This document shows, in pieces, positions 17,734-26,917 of a stretch of DNA of 39,844 nucleotides. How positions within the stretch are numbered: the first letter of the stretch is position 1; the number at the start of each line of letters is the position of its first letter. The stretch is from the sequence record DRR378314_1618, one strand, 5' to 3'. The notes below the pieces were generated by a model. That model was not told the DNA's origin, did not search any database, and saw only the letters and a program-made list of their open reading frames with translations. Position numbers and translations under genes: made by a program.

Positions 17734-18222
17734 TCACTCGAGGTTGACGAGTATCTCCATCGGTTTCTCATCGCAGTTGTGCCCGGGCCCACCACGGTCC
17801 ACCACCAGGAATTCTCCCTCGCGGTCCAGAACCGAATGGACCGCATGCCAGGTACCCGCCCGGTAGTTAATGCCCTGGTGCCCGTCGGTGATGAACGCCC
17901 GCACGCTCTGCGGGTCAATCGCATCTCCGGGTGGTGCCACCACAACCAGGAACCGCTCGCCACGCAGGGGGATGAACGCCTGGCTGCCAAGAGGGTGACG
18001 TTCCAGGCATTCAACCGCCAGAGGCACCTGTACCGGCTGGCTCACGAAGATGCTGATCAAAGGCCTGGCGCCCTCTCCCAGGAGCTCAACGCTGGCTAGG
18101 TCGTGGTGGCGCTGTGTTCGCCCGCCATTGATGGGGAATGAGCTGGCACGCCGACTATCGATCACGTCGCCGAAGGGCGTGAAGGCTTCCAGAGTGAGCG
18201 GCTGGGCTGTCAGGTTCAGCAT
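17734..18222 (-). CDS. allA: Ureidoglycolate lyase
   Basis: PLTLEAFTPFGDVI, INGGRTQRHHDLA, ERHPLGSQAFIP, QGINYRAGTWH, FLVVDRGGPGHNC. Confidence 0.94.
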   Translation of the reverse strand: MLNLTAQPLTLEAFTPFGDVIDSRRASSFPINGGRTQRHHDLASVELLGEGARPLISIFVSQPVQVPLAVECLERHPLGSQAFIPLRGERFLVVVAPPGDAIDPQSVRAFITDGHQGINYRAGTWHAVHSVLDREGEFLVVDRGGPGHNCDEKPMEILVNLE

Positions 18223-18243
18223 CGTTGTCGTCCTTAAACGGGT

Positions 18244-19092
18244 TCAGCGGCCACCGAAGCCGTTGAGTTTCATGTGGCGGTTAACATCTTTGTACAGCAG
18301 GTAGCGGAACCGGCCCGGGCCACCGGCGTAACAGGCCTGGGGGCAGAAGGCCCGTAGCCACATGTAGTCGCCGGCCTCTACTTCAACCCAGTCCTTGTTG
18401 AGCAGGTACACGGCCTTACCTTCCAGTACGTACAGGCCGTGCTCCATCACGTGGGTTTCCGCGAACGGAATCACGCCGCCCGGCTGAAACGTCACGATGT
18501 TCACGTGCATGTCGTGCCGCATGTCGCTCTGGTCCACGAAGCGGGTGGTGGCCCAGCAGCCGTTGGTGTCGGGCATTTCAATGGGCTCTACGTCGGCCTC
18601 GTTGGTGACGAAGGGTTCGGGATGATCAACGCCGTCAACGGCCTCATAGGCTTTGCGGATCCAGTGGAAACGCACCGTGGAGGCGGCGTCATTGCGCACT
18701 TGCCAGTCACAGCCCGGCGGAATGAACGCGTAGCCGCCCGGTGTCATCGTGTGGGTCTGCCCCGCCAGGGTCAGGGTCAGCTCACCCTCCACCACAAACA
18801 ACACGGCTTCCGCGCCCGGATCCACTTCCGGCCTGTCGCTGCCGCCGCCCGGTGATACTTCCATGATGTACTGGGAGAAGGTTTCGGCAAACCCGGACAG
18901 AGGGCGCGACAGTACCCACAGGCGTGTTTTGTCCCAGAACGGCAGATAACTGGCCACGATGTCCCGCATCACGCCCTTTGGAATCACCGCATAGGCTTCG
19001 GTGAATACCGCGCGGTCGGTCAGCAACTGTGTCTGCGGTGGGTGCCCGCCCGTTGGCGCGTAGTAGAAAGGGGGCGTTTGTCGATTGGTCAT
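18244..19092 (-). CDS. allE: (S)-ureidoglycine aminohydrolase, bifunctional allantoicase/UGlyAH-type bicupin
   Basis: YYAPTGGHPPQTQLLTDRAVFTEAYAVIP; ETHVMEHGLYVLEGK; RYLLYKDVNRH. Confidence 0.92.
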   Translation of the reverse strand: MTNRQTPPFYYAPTGGHPPQTQLLTDRAVFTEAYAVIPKGVMRDIVASYLPFWDKTRLWVLSRPLSGFAETFSQYIMEVSPGGGSDRPEVDPGAEAVLFVVEGELTLTLAGQTHTMTPGGYAFIPPGCDWQVRNDAASTVRFHWIRKAYEAVDGVDHPEPFVTNEADVEPIEMPDTNGCWATTRFVDQSDMRHDMHVNIVTFQPGGVIPFAETHVMEHGLYVLEGKAVYLLNKDWVEVEAGDYMWLRAFCPQACYAGGPGRFRYLLYKDVNRHMKLNGFGGR

Positions 19093-20030
19093 CAGAGTGC
19101 TCCGGAATCAAAAGGGTGGTGCTTTACCCAGTGCTGGGCGATGTCCACACGCCGTGTCACCCAGACACGGTCGTGGGCTTCAATATGGTCGAGGAAGCGC
19201 TGAAGGCCCCGGAAGCGACCTGGCCGGCCGATCAGCCGGCAATGCAGCCCGACAGAGAGCATCTTCGGCGTGTCTTTCCCCTCTTCGTACAGCACATCGA
19301 AGGCGTCCCGCAAATACTCGAAGAAATGGTCTCCGGTGTTGAATCCCTGCGGAGTGGCAAACCGCATGTCATTAGTGTCCAGCGTGTACGGAACGATCAG
19401 GTGGTTGTGCAGCTCGCCGCTGGAATCGCTCTGGCGGGTCCAGAATGGCAGGTCGTCGCCGTAGTAATCGCTGTCGTACAGGAAGCTGCCCTCGTCCAAT
19501 AGCAACCGCCGGGTGTTGGGGCTGTCCCGGCCGGTGTACCAGCCCATGGGCTTCTCACCATACAGTTCCCGGAAGATGTCGATGGCACGCTGCATGTGTT
19601 CGCGCTCGATCTCCTCGGGAATGTTCTGGTAGTGAATCCAGCGCCAGCCGTGGCAGGCCACTTCGTGGTTCAGCTCCCGGAACGCCTGCGCCACCTCGGG
19701 GTTGCGCTGCAGGGCCATGGCAACGCCAAACACGGTCAACGGCAGGTCGCGGCGCTCAAACTCGTTCAGCAGGCGCCACACTCCCGCCCGGGAGCCGTAT
19801 TCATAGATAGACTCCATGCTCATGTGCCGGTCGGCAAAGGGCTCGGCACCCACGATCTCCGACAAAAATCGCTCGGAGTGGCTGTCCCCGTGCAACACGC
19901 AGTTCTCGCCACCCTCTTCATAGTTGAGCACGAACTGGACGGCCACCCGCGCCTGGCCCGGCCAACGCACCTCCGGTAATGCACGGCCGTAGCCGATCAG
20001 GTCACGGGGGTATTCCGGCGTCATACTCAT
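19092..20030 (-). CDS. puuE: Allantoinase PuuE (polysaccharide deacetylase fold)
   Basis: YPRDLIGYG, QFVLNYEEGGE, ESIYEYGSRAG, ACHGWRW, GWYTGR, PYTLDTNDMRF, GLHCRLIGRPGR. Confidence 0.96.
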   Translation of the reverse strand: MSMTPEYPRDLIGYGRALPEVRWPGQARVAVQFVLNYEEGGENCVLHGDSHSERFLSEIVGAEPFADRHMSMESIYEYGSRAGVWRLLNEFERRDLPLTVFGVAMALQRNPEVAQAFRELNHEVACHGWRWIHYQNIPEEIEREHMQRAIDIFRELYGEKPMGWYTGRDSPNTRRLLLDEGSFLYDSDYYGDDLPFWTRQSDSSGELHNHLIVPYTLDTNDMRFATPQGFNTGDHFFEYLRDAFDVLYEEGKDTPKMLSVGLHCRLIGRPGRFRGLQRFLDHIEAHDRVWVTRRVDIAQHWVKHHPFDSGAL

Positions 20031-20098
20031 AAATACGTGTCCTCAATCGACTTCGAGGGTTTGATTGTGTGGCTACTTATCACCACGACGTCACATTA

Positions 20099-20108
20099 TT
20101 GTATACGA
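20099..20108. promoter_or_regulatory. GntR (FadR-type) operator TTGTATACGA upstream of puuE
   Basis: Near-palindrome that recurs at 20260 and 24869. Confidence 0.6.
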
Positions 20109-20258
20109 AAAAACCGATTTCTGTGACAACCTGCCGATACTCATCCCGCCAAGTCCGCACCCTAGCGCCTTGAAAACCAGGCCAAGCTATCGATTCAGGC
20201 TCTATTATTGCCATTTTTCTGCAACAAAAACTTGCAGGATACGGGGGGCACGTTCTAA

Positions 20259-20270
20259 ATTGTGTACAAT
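20259..20270. promoter_or_regulatory. GntR (FadR-type) operator ATTGTGTACAAT upstream of the racemase
   Basis: Near-perfect palindrome matching the 20099 and 24869 copies. Confidence 0.62.
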
Positions 20271-20312
20271 TACTTATTGTTTTGTTCACCACATATTTCA
20301 ATCGGGGAAACC

Positions 20313-21062
20313 ATGCACATCCGAATTATTAACCCCAACACCACCCGCGCCATGACCGACACCATCGGCGCGGCGGCGGAAAACGTGGCGGCGCCGGGTA
20401 CACGCATCACCGCTACCCAGCCCGCCAGCGGCCCGGTGTCCATCGAAAGCCATTTCGATGAAGCCGTCAGCGCCGTGGGCGTTGCCGAGGAGGTGTTGGC
20501 CGGGGAACGGAGCGAGGACACCGTTGATTCCTACGTCATCGCCTGCTTTGGCGATCCGGGCCTGCTGGCCGCACGGGAACTGACCCGGGCTCCGGTCATC
20601 GGTATCGCGGAAGCCGCGTTCCATGTCGCCACCATGATCAGCACCCGCTTTTCGATTGTGACCACCCTGGGCCGCACCGGCATCATCGCGGAACACCTGC
20701 TGGAGAACTACGGGTTCAGCCACCATTGCCGGCGCGTACGCGCGGCGGAAATCCCGGTGCTGGATCTGGAAGAGAATGCGGACGTGGCGGTGCAGCGCCT
20801 GGTGGAGGAATGCCGAAGGGCCAAGGAGGAGGACAACATTGGCGCCATCGTGCTGGGCTGCGGAGGCATGGCAGACCTGACCGACTATCTCACCGAAGCG
20901 GTTGGCCTTCCCATCATTGAGGGCGTTACCGCGGCCGTCAAACTGTCTGAGGCCCTGGTGGGATTAAACCTCGGCACCAGCAAGCACGGCGACTTGGCGT
21001 TTCCGCGCCCGAAGCCGTTTACCGGTCGTTTTGAAAGCTTCTCGAACCTGAATATCCAATAA
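20313..21062 (+). CDS. hpxA: Allantoin racemase (hydantoin/Asp-Glu racemase family)
   Basis: MHIRIINPNTT, GPVSIESHFDE, IACFGDPG and VLGCGGM (two catalytic Cys), TSKHGDLA; allantoin cluster context. Confidence 0.88.
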   Translation: MHIRIINPNTTRAMTDTIGAAAENVAAPGTRITATQPASGPVSIESHFDEAVSAVGVAEEVLAGERSEDTVDSYVIACFGDPGLLAARELTRAPVIGIAEAAFHVATMISTRFSIVTTLGRTGIIAEHLLENYGFSHHCRRVRAAEIPVLDLEENADVAVQRLVEECRRAKEEDNIGAIVLGCGGMADLTDYLTEAVGLPIIEGVTAAVKLSEALVGLNLGTSKHGDLAFPRPKPFTGRFESFSNLNIQ

Positions 21063-21168
21063 GACAGAACAAGACATAACACCGCCAATAGATCTGATGC
21101 AGTTCTAACTATAAAGCCCCTAACGCCACATCGGGGCACACACATCTACACCCAGTACGGAGTGGACA

Positions 21169-22533
21169 ATGACACTGCATGCACAACGAGAATGGGGGGT
21201 GCCCGACGAAGCACCCGATACCGCCACCAAGGCGCTCGGGGACGAGTCCCTAGCTCCCCAGAACACCCGCATCATGGGGAAAACCTCCTACCTGCTGGCC
21301 TGGTTTGGAGGTTGCGTTTCCATCGGCACCTTCACCATGGGGTCCAGCGTGGTTGGCACCCTTAACCTTCTCCAGGCGACGGTGGCCATTGCCATTGGCT
21401 GCTTCATTATCGGTGCAGCCCTGGCACTCAACGGCGCCGCCGGTTACAAGTACGGCATTCCGTTCATGGTGCAGGCCCGCAGCGCGTTCGGATTTTCCGG
21501 AACCCGTCTGCCGGGGCTGGTAAGGGCTGTGCCGGCAATCGTGTGGTACGGCTTTCAGAGCTGGATCGGCGCCGGTGCCCTGAACATGGTGTCCGCAACC
21601 CTGTTCGGCTTCGACAACCTGATATTCTTCTTTATAGCGTTCCAGTTCCTGCAGATTGCGCTCTCCGTGACCGGCTTCCAGGGCATCAAATGGCTGGAGA
21701 ACATCGGTAGCGCCTTTATCCTCGCCTCGCTGGTTTACATGTTCTACAGCACAGTACAGCGATACGGAGACACTCTCTCCGCCAACCTGTTGACCATGGA
21801 AGGCTCCTGGGGCCTGCCCTTCTGGGGCGCGACGATGCTGTTCCTCGGCATCTACAGCACCATGATCCTGAACGTGAGCGACTACGCCCGTGAGCACAAA
21901 CACGGCACCGGCCCGGGCCTGCTGACGACTCTCTATTCCATGTCCATCCTGCCCTGCACTCTGTTTATGGGCCTGATCGGCTACATGGTGTCCGAGGCCA
22001 CAGGCATTGCGGATCCAATCCAGGTCTTTGCCAATGCGGTGGACAACACGCCTCTGCTGATGACCACCCTGATGTTCATCGCCTTCGCCCAGGTCACCAC
22101 CAACGTTCTCAATAACGTGGTGCCACCCACTTACGTGTTGATGGATGTCTTCAAACTGACGTTCAAGAAGGCAACGGTCATTGTGGGCCTGCTGGCGTTC
22201 GCGACCTTTCCCTGGGAACTGGTCAAGGACGGATCTGCGGCCGGGCTTCAGATCTTTGTGCAGACCTACTCCGCCTTCCTTGGGCCGATCTTTGCGGTGC
22301 TGGTGGTTGACTACTACCTGATCCGGGGGCGGGAACTGAATCTGGACCACCTGTACAACCCAGATGGACCCTATCAGGGCGTCAACTACGCAGCTCTGGC
22401 CGCTACGGCACTGGGTGTCATCGTTGCCCTTAGCTTCTCTGCCGTGTCCTGGTACGCCAGCCTGATTCCTGCGGGGCTGAGCTATTACCTGCTGATGAAG
22501 CACTGGCCCGCCTGTCAGCGCTTCCGCGACTGA
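21169..22533 (+). CDS. NCS1 nucleobase:cation symporter (allantoin permease candidate)
   Basis: AGYKYGIPFMVQARSAFG, WYGFQSWIG, LNVSDYAR, VLVVDYYLIR. Confidence 0.9.
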   Translation: MTLHAQREWGVPDEAPDTATKALGDESLAPQNTRIMGKTSYLLAWFGGCVSIGTFTMGSSVVGTLNLLQATVAIAIGCFIIGAALALNGAAGYKYGIPFMVQARSAFGFSGTRLPGLVRAVPAIVWYGFQSWIGAGALNMVSATLFGFDNLIFFFIAFQFLQIALSVTGFQGIKWLENIGSAFILASLVYMFYSTVQRYGDTLSANLLTMEGSWGLPFWGATMLFLGIYSTMILNVSDYAREHKHGTGPGLLTTLYSMSILPCTLFMGLIGYMVSEATGIADPIQVFANAVDNTPLLMTTLMFIAFAQVTTNVLNNVVPPTYVLMDVFKLTFKKATVIVGLLAFATFPWELVKDGSAAGLQIFVQTYSAFLGPIFAVLVVDYYLIRGRELNLDHLYNPDGPYQGVNYAALAATALGVIVALSFSAVSWYASLIPAGLSYYLLMKHWPACQRFRD

Positions 22534-22561
22534 TCAAGCCCCCTACACAACGGTGACACTC

Positions 22562-24022
22562 ATGAAAGACAGTGAACTGAACATCCGCCAGATCGACCCG
22601 TCGCTCTATAACGAAGACTTGGCCCCGATCCCTCACAGCAAGCGCACCTGGGGCTGGTTTGAGATCTTCAATGTCTGGTCAAACGACATCCAGAGCCTCT
22701 TCGGTTACACCCTCGCAGCGTCTCTCTTCCTGACCTACGGGCTGAATGGCTGGGCGGTGATGGCCGCCATCATCCTGGCCGGCTTTATCGTGATGGTCCT
22801 GGTAAACCTTTCCGGAAGGCCCAGCGTCAAGTACGGCATTCCGTTTCCCGTGCTCAGCCGGGCGAGCATGGGGGTCCGGGGCGCCAACTTCCCAGCCATG
22901 CTGCGCGGCATTGTCGGGATTTTCTGGTACGGGGTGCAGACCTACTTTGCCTCAACCGCCGTCACGCTGCTGATCACCGCCTTTTACGGTGCCGGTGATG
23001 GTGCAACGTTCCTTGGCTTGTCCGGCGTTGCCTGGCTCTCGTTCGTGATTGTATGGGTCTTCCAGATAGCCATTTTCTGCAGCGGGCTTCAGTACATCCA
23101 GCGCTTCCTGAACTGGGCCGGGCCGTTGGTCTACCTGGTGATGGTGGCGTTGATGATCGTTGTGTGGACCAAAGCGGGGGATCAGCTCCTGCCTGCGGTG
23201 GGCACGATTTTCAGTTCCAGCGGCGATGAAACCGTCAACCCTGTGGGTGCTTTCATGGCCATCGTGGGCACTATGGTGGCCTACTTCGCAGCAGTGGTGA
23301 TCAACTTCGGCGATTTCACGCGATTTGTAAGGAGCGAGCGGGAAATGAAACTCGGCAATCTGCTGGGGCTACCCCTGAACGTCGCGTTCTTTTCGTTCAT
23401 CGCCCTGATCATTACCGCAGGTACCATCGTGCTGTTTGGCGAACCACTCACCAATCCGACAGAAATCGTGGAGCGTGTGGATTCCGTGGCCCTGACCATC
23501 ATTGCGGCGCTGACCTTCTTCGCAGCAACAGTGGGGATCAACCTGGTGGCCAACTTCATCCCACCGGCCTACGATCTCGCCAACCTGTTCCCCAGCAAGA
23601 TCAGCTTCCGGGTCGGTGGCCTGATCACCGCAAGCATCGCCTTCTTCGTGGGCGCTTTATGGGTGTCTGTGATCAGCCAGATCGGGGTGCCCGGTTTCGT
23701 GAATGCCCTTGGCGCCATCCTGGCTCCCTTTTACGGCATCATTGTTGTGGACTACTACCTGATCAAGCGCCAGAACCTGGATATGGAGCAACTGTTCTCC
23801 GCCAGCCCGGACGGCGCCTACCACTACACGAAAGGTTGGAACACCCGCGCACTGATGGCCTTTGGCCTGGCGGCGCTGTTTTCCATCTCGACGGTGCTGG
23901 TGCCGGCGCTCAGTAGCCTGGGTGGCTACGGCTGGCTGATTGGGGCGGCTCTGGGGGGTGTATTCTATCGCCTGCTAATGCCCGGAAAGCAAGCCCTGGC
24001 CGAACTTCAGACACAAGGCTGA
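22562..24022 (+). CDS. NCS1 nucleobase:cation symporter
   Basis: SLYNEDLAP, KYGIPFPVLSRASMG, WYGVQTY, NFGDFTRF, INLVANF, VDYYLIK; alternative GTG start at 22553. Confidence 0.92.
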   Translation: MKDSELNIRQIDPSLYNEDLAPIPHSKRTWGWFEIFNVWSNDIQSLFGYTLAASLFLTYGLNGWAVMAAIILAGFIVMVLVNLSGRPSVKYGIPFPVLSRASMGVRGANFPAMLRGIVGIFWYGVQTYFASTAVTLLITAFYGAGDGATFLGLSGVAWLSFVIVWVFQIAIFCSGLQYIQRFLNWAGPLVYLVMVALMIVVWTKAGDQLLPAVGTIFSSSGDETVNPVGAFMAIVGTMVAYFAAVVINFGDFTRFVRSEREMKLGNLLGLPLNVAFFSFIALIITAGTIVLFGEPLTNPTEIVERVDSVALTIIAALTFFAATVGINLVANFIPPAYDLANLFPSKISFRVGGLITASIAFFVGALWVSVISQIGVPGFVNALGAILAPFYGIIVVDYYLIKRQNLDMEQLFSASPDGAYHYTKGWNTRALMAFGLAALFSISTVLVPALSSLGGYGWLIGAALGGVFYRLLMPGKQALAELQTQG

Positions 24023-24033
24023 TCCGGGCTCCT

Positions 24034-24072
24034 ACGCGCCCTCACTCACATGAGTGGGGGCGCGTCGTTTTT
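24034..24072 (+). terminator. Rho-independent terminator between the convergent NCS1 and GntR genes
   Basis: ACGCGCCCTCACTC-ACAT-GAGTGGGGGCGCGT followed by CGTTTTT. Confidence 0.7.
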
Positions 24073-24076
24073 ACCA

Positions 24077-24829
24077 TCAGGTCCCGACCGCGAAGATATC
24101 CCTCAGATCAGGCGTTTCCTCCGGCTCATCAAAGATCGACAACGACGCCTCAATCGACTTGAGATGCCGTTCCATAAAGTCACTCGCCTTGGCGCCATCG
24201 CCTGACGCCAGCAGTTCAATCAGATTGTCGTGATCATGTGACTCGCAGCCCAGGTGACCGGAATTGCCGTAGACGGCCAGGATCAGCGACGACCGGGAAC
24301 ACAGCTGGCCCACAAATCCGGCCAGTGTCTTATTGCCGGAGATCTCCGCAAGACGGGCATGGAAAGTGGCCGAGAGTTTGATCGCAACCCGCTGCTCACG
24401 GTTACGGAGCGCTTCTCTCTCTTCCCGTGCCATCACGCGGAGTTCCTGCACATCGGCAGCGGTAATGCGTTTGGCGGCCGCTTCCATCAGGGCGCACTCA
24501 ACCATCTGCCGGGCTTCGAACACATCTTTTGCCTCATCCACCGAAGGCCTCGTAACGCTGGCGCCCCGGCGTGGGGTGAGCGTTACCAGTTGCTCAAGCG
24601 CCAGCCTCTGCAGAACCTTGCGAATGCCGGTACGGCTGATACCGAAGACATCGGCCAGTGCATCTTCCCGCAACCGAGCCCCAGGCTTGAGACGGTGCTC
24701 GATGATGGCCTCCGAGATCGACCGATAGATAGCATCCAGCCCCTTACCTCCCGATGTCTTCGACCCGGGCGCTGCCTCCGCCTGCTGGCCCTTTGAGGTA
24801 GACTCCGCCATCTGCCGGCTTCCACTCAT
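24077..24829 (-). CDS. GntR family (FCD domain) regulator of the allantoin cluster
   Basis: IIEHRLKPGARLREDALADVFGISRTGIRKVL; FHARLAEISGN; HDHDNLI. Confidence 0.92.
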   Translation of the reverse strand: MSGSRQMAESTSKGQQAEAAPGSKTSGGKGLDAIYRSISEAIIEHRLKPGARLREDALADVFGISRTGIRKVLQRLALEQLVTLTPRRGASVTRPSVDEAKDVFEARQMVECALMEAAAKRITAADVQELRVMAREEREALRNREQRVAIKLSATFHARLAEISGNKTLAGFVGQLCSRSSLILAVYGNSGHLGCESHDHDNLIELLASGDGAKASDFMERHLKSIEASLSIFDEPEETPDLRDIFAVGT

Positions 24830-24868
24830 TACGCTCTCCCGTGGTTACTGATCCAATATTGCCTTCTA

Positions 24869-24878
24869 TTGTATACGT
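24869..24878. promoter_or_regulatory. Autoregulatory GntR operator TTGTATACGT
   Basis: Same motif as 20099 and 20260, 40 nt upstream of the GntR start. Confidence 0.55.
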
Positions 24879-25023
24879 TCTGAATGCGGCAGGGCGACAA
24901 CCGCGCCGGAAACGGGGCCGGTGGGTGTTCGCCAATACGTGATTGGGGACACCGCTTGTCAGCAAGCCACCATCATGCTTCACTTTCCGGGTTCGAGCCT
25001 ACGCCCCAACCGGAGACTATCCT

Positions 25024-25710
25024 ATGCCCACCCCTGTCACTGCCCGTTCAATAATGCCATCCATTCCCCGGCGGCTTTGGCTGGTGTTGCTCAGTGTTGT
25101 GCTGCTGGGTGGGTGCTCCTCGCTGTATTACGACACCATGGAAAAGCTCGGGTATGAGAAGCGCGACATTCTGGTCGACCGGGTGGAAAACGCGCGAGAC
25201 AGCCAGAACGACGCCCAGGAGACGTTCCGCTCGTCCCTGGAGCGTTTCCAGAGCGTGGTGGATACGCCCGATACTGAGCTCAAGGAGCGCTACGCTGAGA
25301 TCAGCGATGCCTACGAAGACAGCAAGTCCAGCGCGGAAGATGTCCGCGACCGTATCAACAAAGTGGAAGACGTTGCCGAAGCCCTCTTCGATGAATGGGA
25401 GGATGAACTGGGCAAGTACGAAAGCGACTCCCTGCGCCGCAGCAGCGAACAGCAGCTTGATGAAACACGCACCCAGTACAGCCAGTTGATCAGCCGCATG
25501 CACGATGCCGAAGAGCGCATGGAGCCGGTGCTGCAGGCGTTTCAGGATCAGGTGCTGTATCTCAAACATAACCTGAACGCCCAGGCGATCGGCTCGCTGG
25601 AGAACGAGCTGGTGGGTATCCGCCAGGACGTGGATGCGCTGATTCGTAATATGGAAGAGTCGATTGCGGAATCTGAGGCGTTTATCCGGCGTTTTCGTGA
25701 CGGCGGTTGA
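25024..25710 (+). CDS. DUF2959 family coiled-coil lipoprotein
   Basis: Lipobox LLGG-C; YYDTMEKLGYEKRDILVDRV; QVLYLKHNLNAQAI; start uncertain (25024 or 25054). Confidence 0.85.
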   Translation: MPTPVTARSIMPSIPRRLWLVLLSVVLLGGCSSLYYDTMEKLGYEKRDILVDRVENARDSQNDAQETFRSSLERFQSVVDTPDTELKERYAEISDAYEDSKSSAEDVRDRINKVEDVAEALFDEWEDELGKYESDSLRRSSEQQLDETRTQYSQLISRMHDAEERMEPVLQAFQDQVLYLKHNLNAQAIGSLENELVGIRQDVDALIRNMEESIAESEAFIRRFRDGG

Positions 25711-25736
25711 TGAGCTGACATCCTCAAGGAAATGAT

Positions 25737-26687
25737 ATGAACGGTGAACCGGTTCTGTTTGCCCTGGAAGGTAGCCAGGAATTTGGTCATGCCGTGGCCT
25801 CGCAGCTCGGCATCACTCTGGCTGCCCATGAGGATCGCAACTTTGATGATGGCGAGCACAAGTCCCGGCCGCTGGACAGCGTGCGCAGCCGGGACGTTTA
25901 CGTTCTGCTCTCCCTGTTTGGCGAGGACGACTCGAGCGTTAACGACAAACTGATGCGCCTGCTGTTTTTTGTCGCGACGGTTAAGGATGCCGGCGCGAAA
26001 CGCGTGACCGCCCTTCTGCCGTATCTGGCCTATGCCCGCAAGGATCGTCGTGGTAAAAGCCAGGACCCGATCACCACTCGCTACGTAGCGCAACTGTTCG
26101 AAGCCATGGGGGTAGATTGCGTGGTGGCACTGGAAGTTCACAACCAGGGCGCCTTCGACAACGCGTTCCGCTGCCAGACAGTGCATCTGGAAGCCCATGC
26201 CCTGTTCGTCAACACACTCATGGAACACGTGGGTAACGAGCCGGTGGTGATTGTGTCCCCGGATGCCGGTGGCACCAAACGCGTCGACCGGTTCCGGGAC
26301 GCCTGGGCCGATGCCGCCGGCGAACAGCCACCCACCGCCTTCCTGGAAAAGCACCGCAAAGACGGCGAGGTCACCGGCGACGCTGTCGTTGGGGATATGA
26401 CGGGCAGGGTTGCCATCATCGTCGACGATATGGTCGCCAGCGGCACCACCCTGCTACGCGCTGCAGAGGCCTGCAAGAACAAGGGGGCCACAAAGGTTTT
26501 CGGGGTGATCACCCACGCCCTGTTCGGGCCGGGTTCAGAGCAGCTTTACCGCGCCGGCGCGATGGACCAGCTTTTCATTACAGACAGCGTGACTCCGCAG
26601 CGGGCACCGGACGGCCAGGGCCAGGTGACCACCCTTGCGGTTGCCGACCTGTTTGCACAGGCTGTTCGGGAGTTGCATACAGGCTGA
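25737..26687 (+). CDS. prs: Ribose-phosphate pyrophosphokinase (accessory paralogue)
   Basis: FDDGE, PYLAYARKDR, VSPDAGG, IIVDDMVASGTT, THALF, ITDSV. Confidence 0.88.
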   Translation: MNGEPVLFALEGSQEFGHAVASQLGITLAAHEDRNFDDGEHKSRPLDSVRSRDVYVLLSLFGEDDSSVNDKLMRLLFFVATVKDAGAKRVTALLPYLAYARKDRRGKSQDPITTRYVAQLFEAMGVDCVVALEVHNQGAFDNAFRCQTVHLEAHALFVNTLMEHVGNEPVVIVSPDAGGTKRVDRFRDAWADAAGEQPPTAFLEKHRKDGEVTGDAVVGDMTGRVAIIVDDMVASGTTLLRAAEACKNKGATKVFGVITHALFGPGSEQLYRAGAMDQLFITDSVTPQRAPDGQGQVTTLAVADLFAQAVRELHTG

Positions 26688-26706
26688 GTGCTACGTTCAA
26701 AAGCGG

Positions 26707-26733
26707 TGTCGATTTCACATGCTCCAATCCGAC
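26707..26733 (+). promoter_or_regulatory. ECF42-type sigma promoter (TGTCGA-N17-CGAC)
   Basis: GGTGTCGATTTC...CGACTA, with the same spacing as the copy at 38053 upstream of the YciI gene. Confidence 0.55.
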
Positions 26734-26869
26734 TATGGACTGAGCGAACACAGAGGAGATGCTTGCGGGCGCTCCGCAGTTGCAGGACTATCTCAAGGCA
26801 ATGTACGCCCGCCCCACAGCTCCGCCAACGATCGCTGAAGCATTCGCTGCGATGGAAAGCAGCGGCTGA
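26732..26869 (+). pseudogene. 3' fragment of a glutathione S-transferase gene
   Basis: Manual translation TMD*ANTEEMLAGAPQLQDYLKAMYARPTAPPTIAEAFAAMESSG* resembles GST C-termini of the TLDWAN...MYARP.AP..IAEAFA type; not in the ORF track. Confidence 0.6.
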
Positions 26870-26917
26870 GGGTTAACAAGGGTATTGTCCACGGTCTTCG
26901 GAAACGCTTCGCCTCAA

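Noticed and set aside
20170-20186. Possible sigma54 promoter upstream of puuE (TTGGCCTGGTTTTCAA on the - strand)
   Set aside because: It lacks GC at the required GG-N10-GC spacing
21250-22503. 417-aa antisense ORF, and similar shadow ORFs (10932..11762, 25548..26354, 33782..34504)
   Set aside because: They overlap well-supported genes, have no motifs, and are expected from high-GC codon bias
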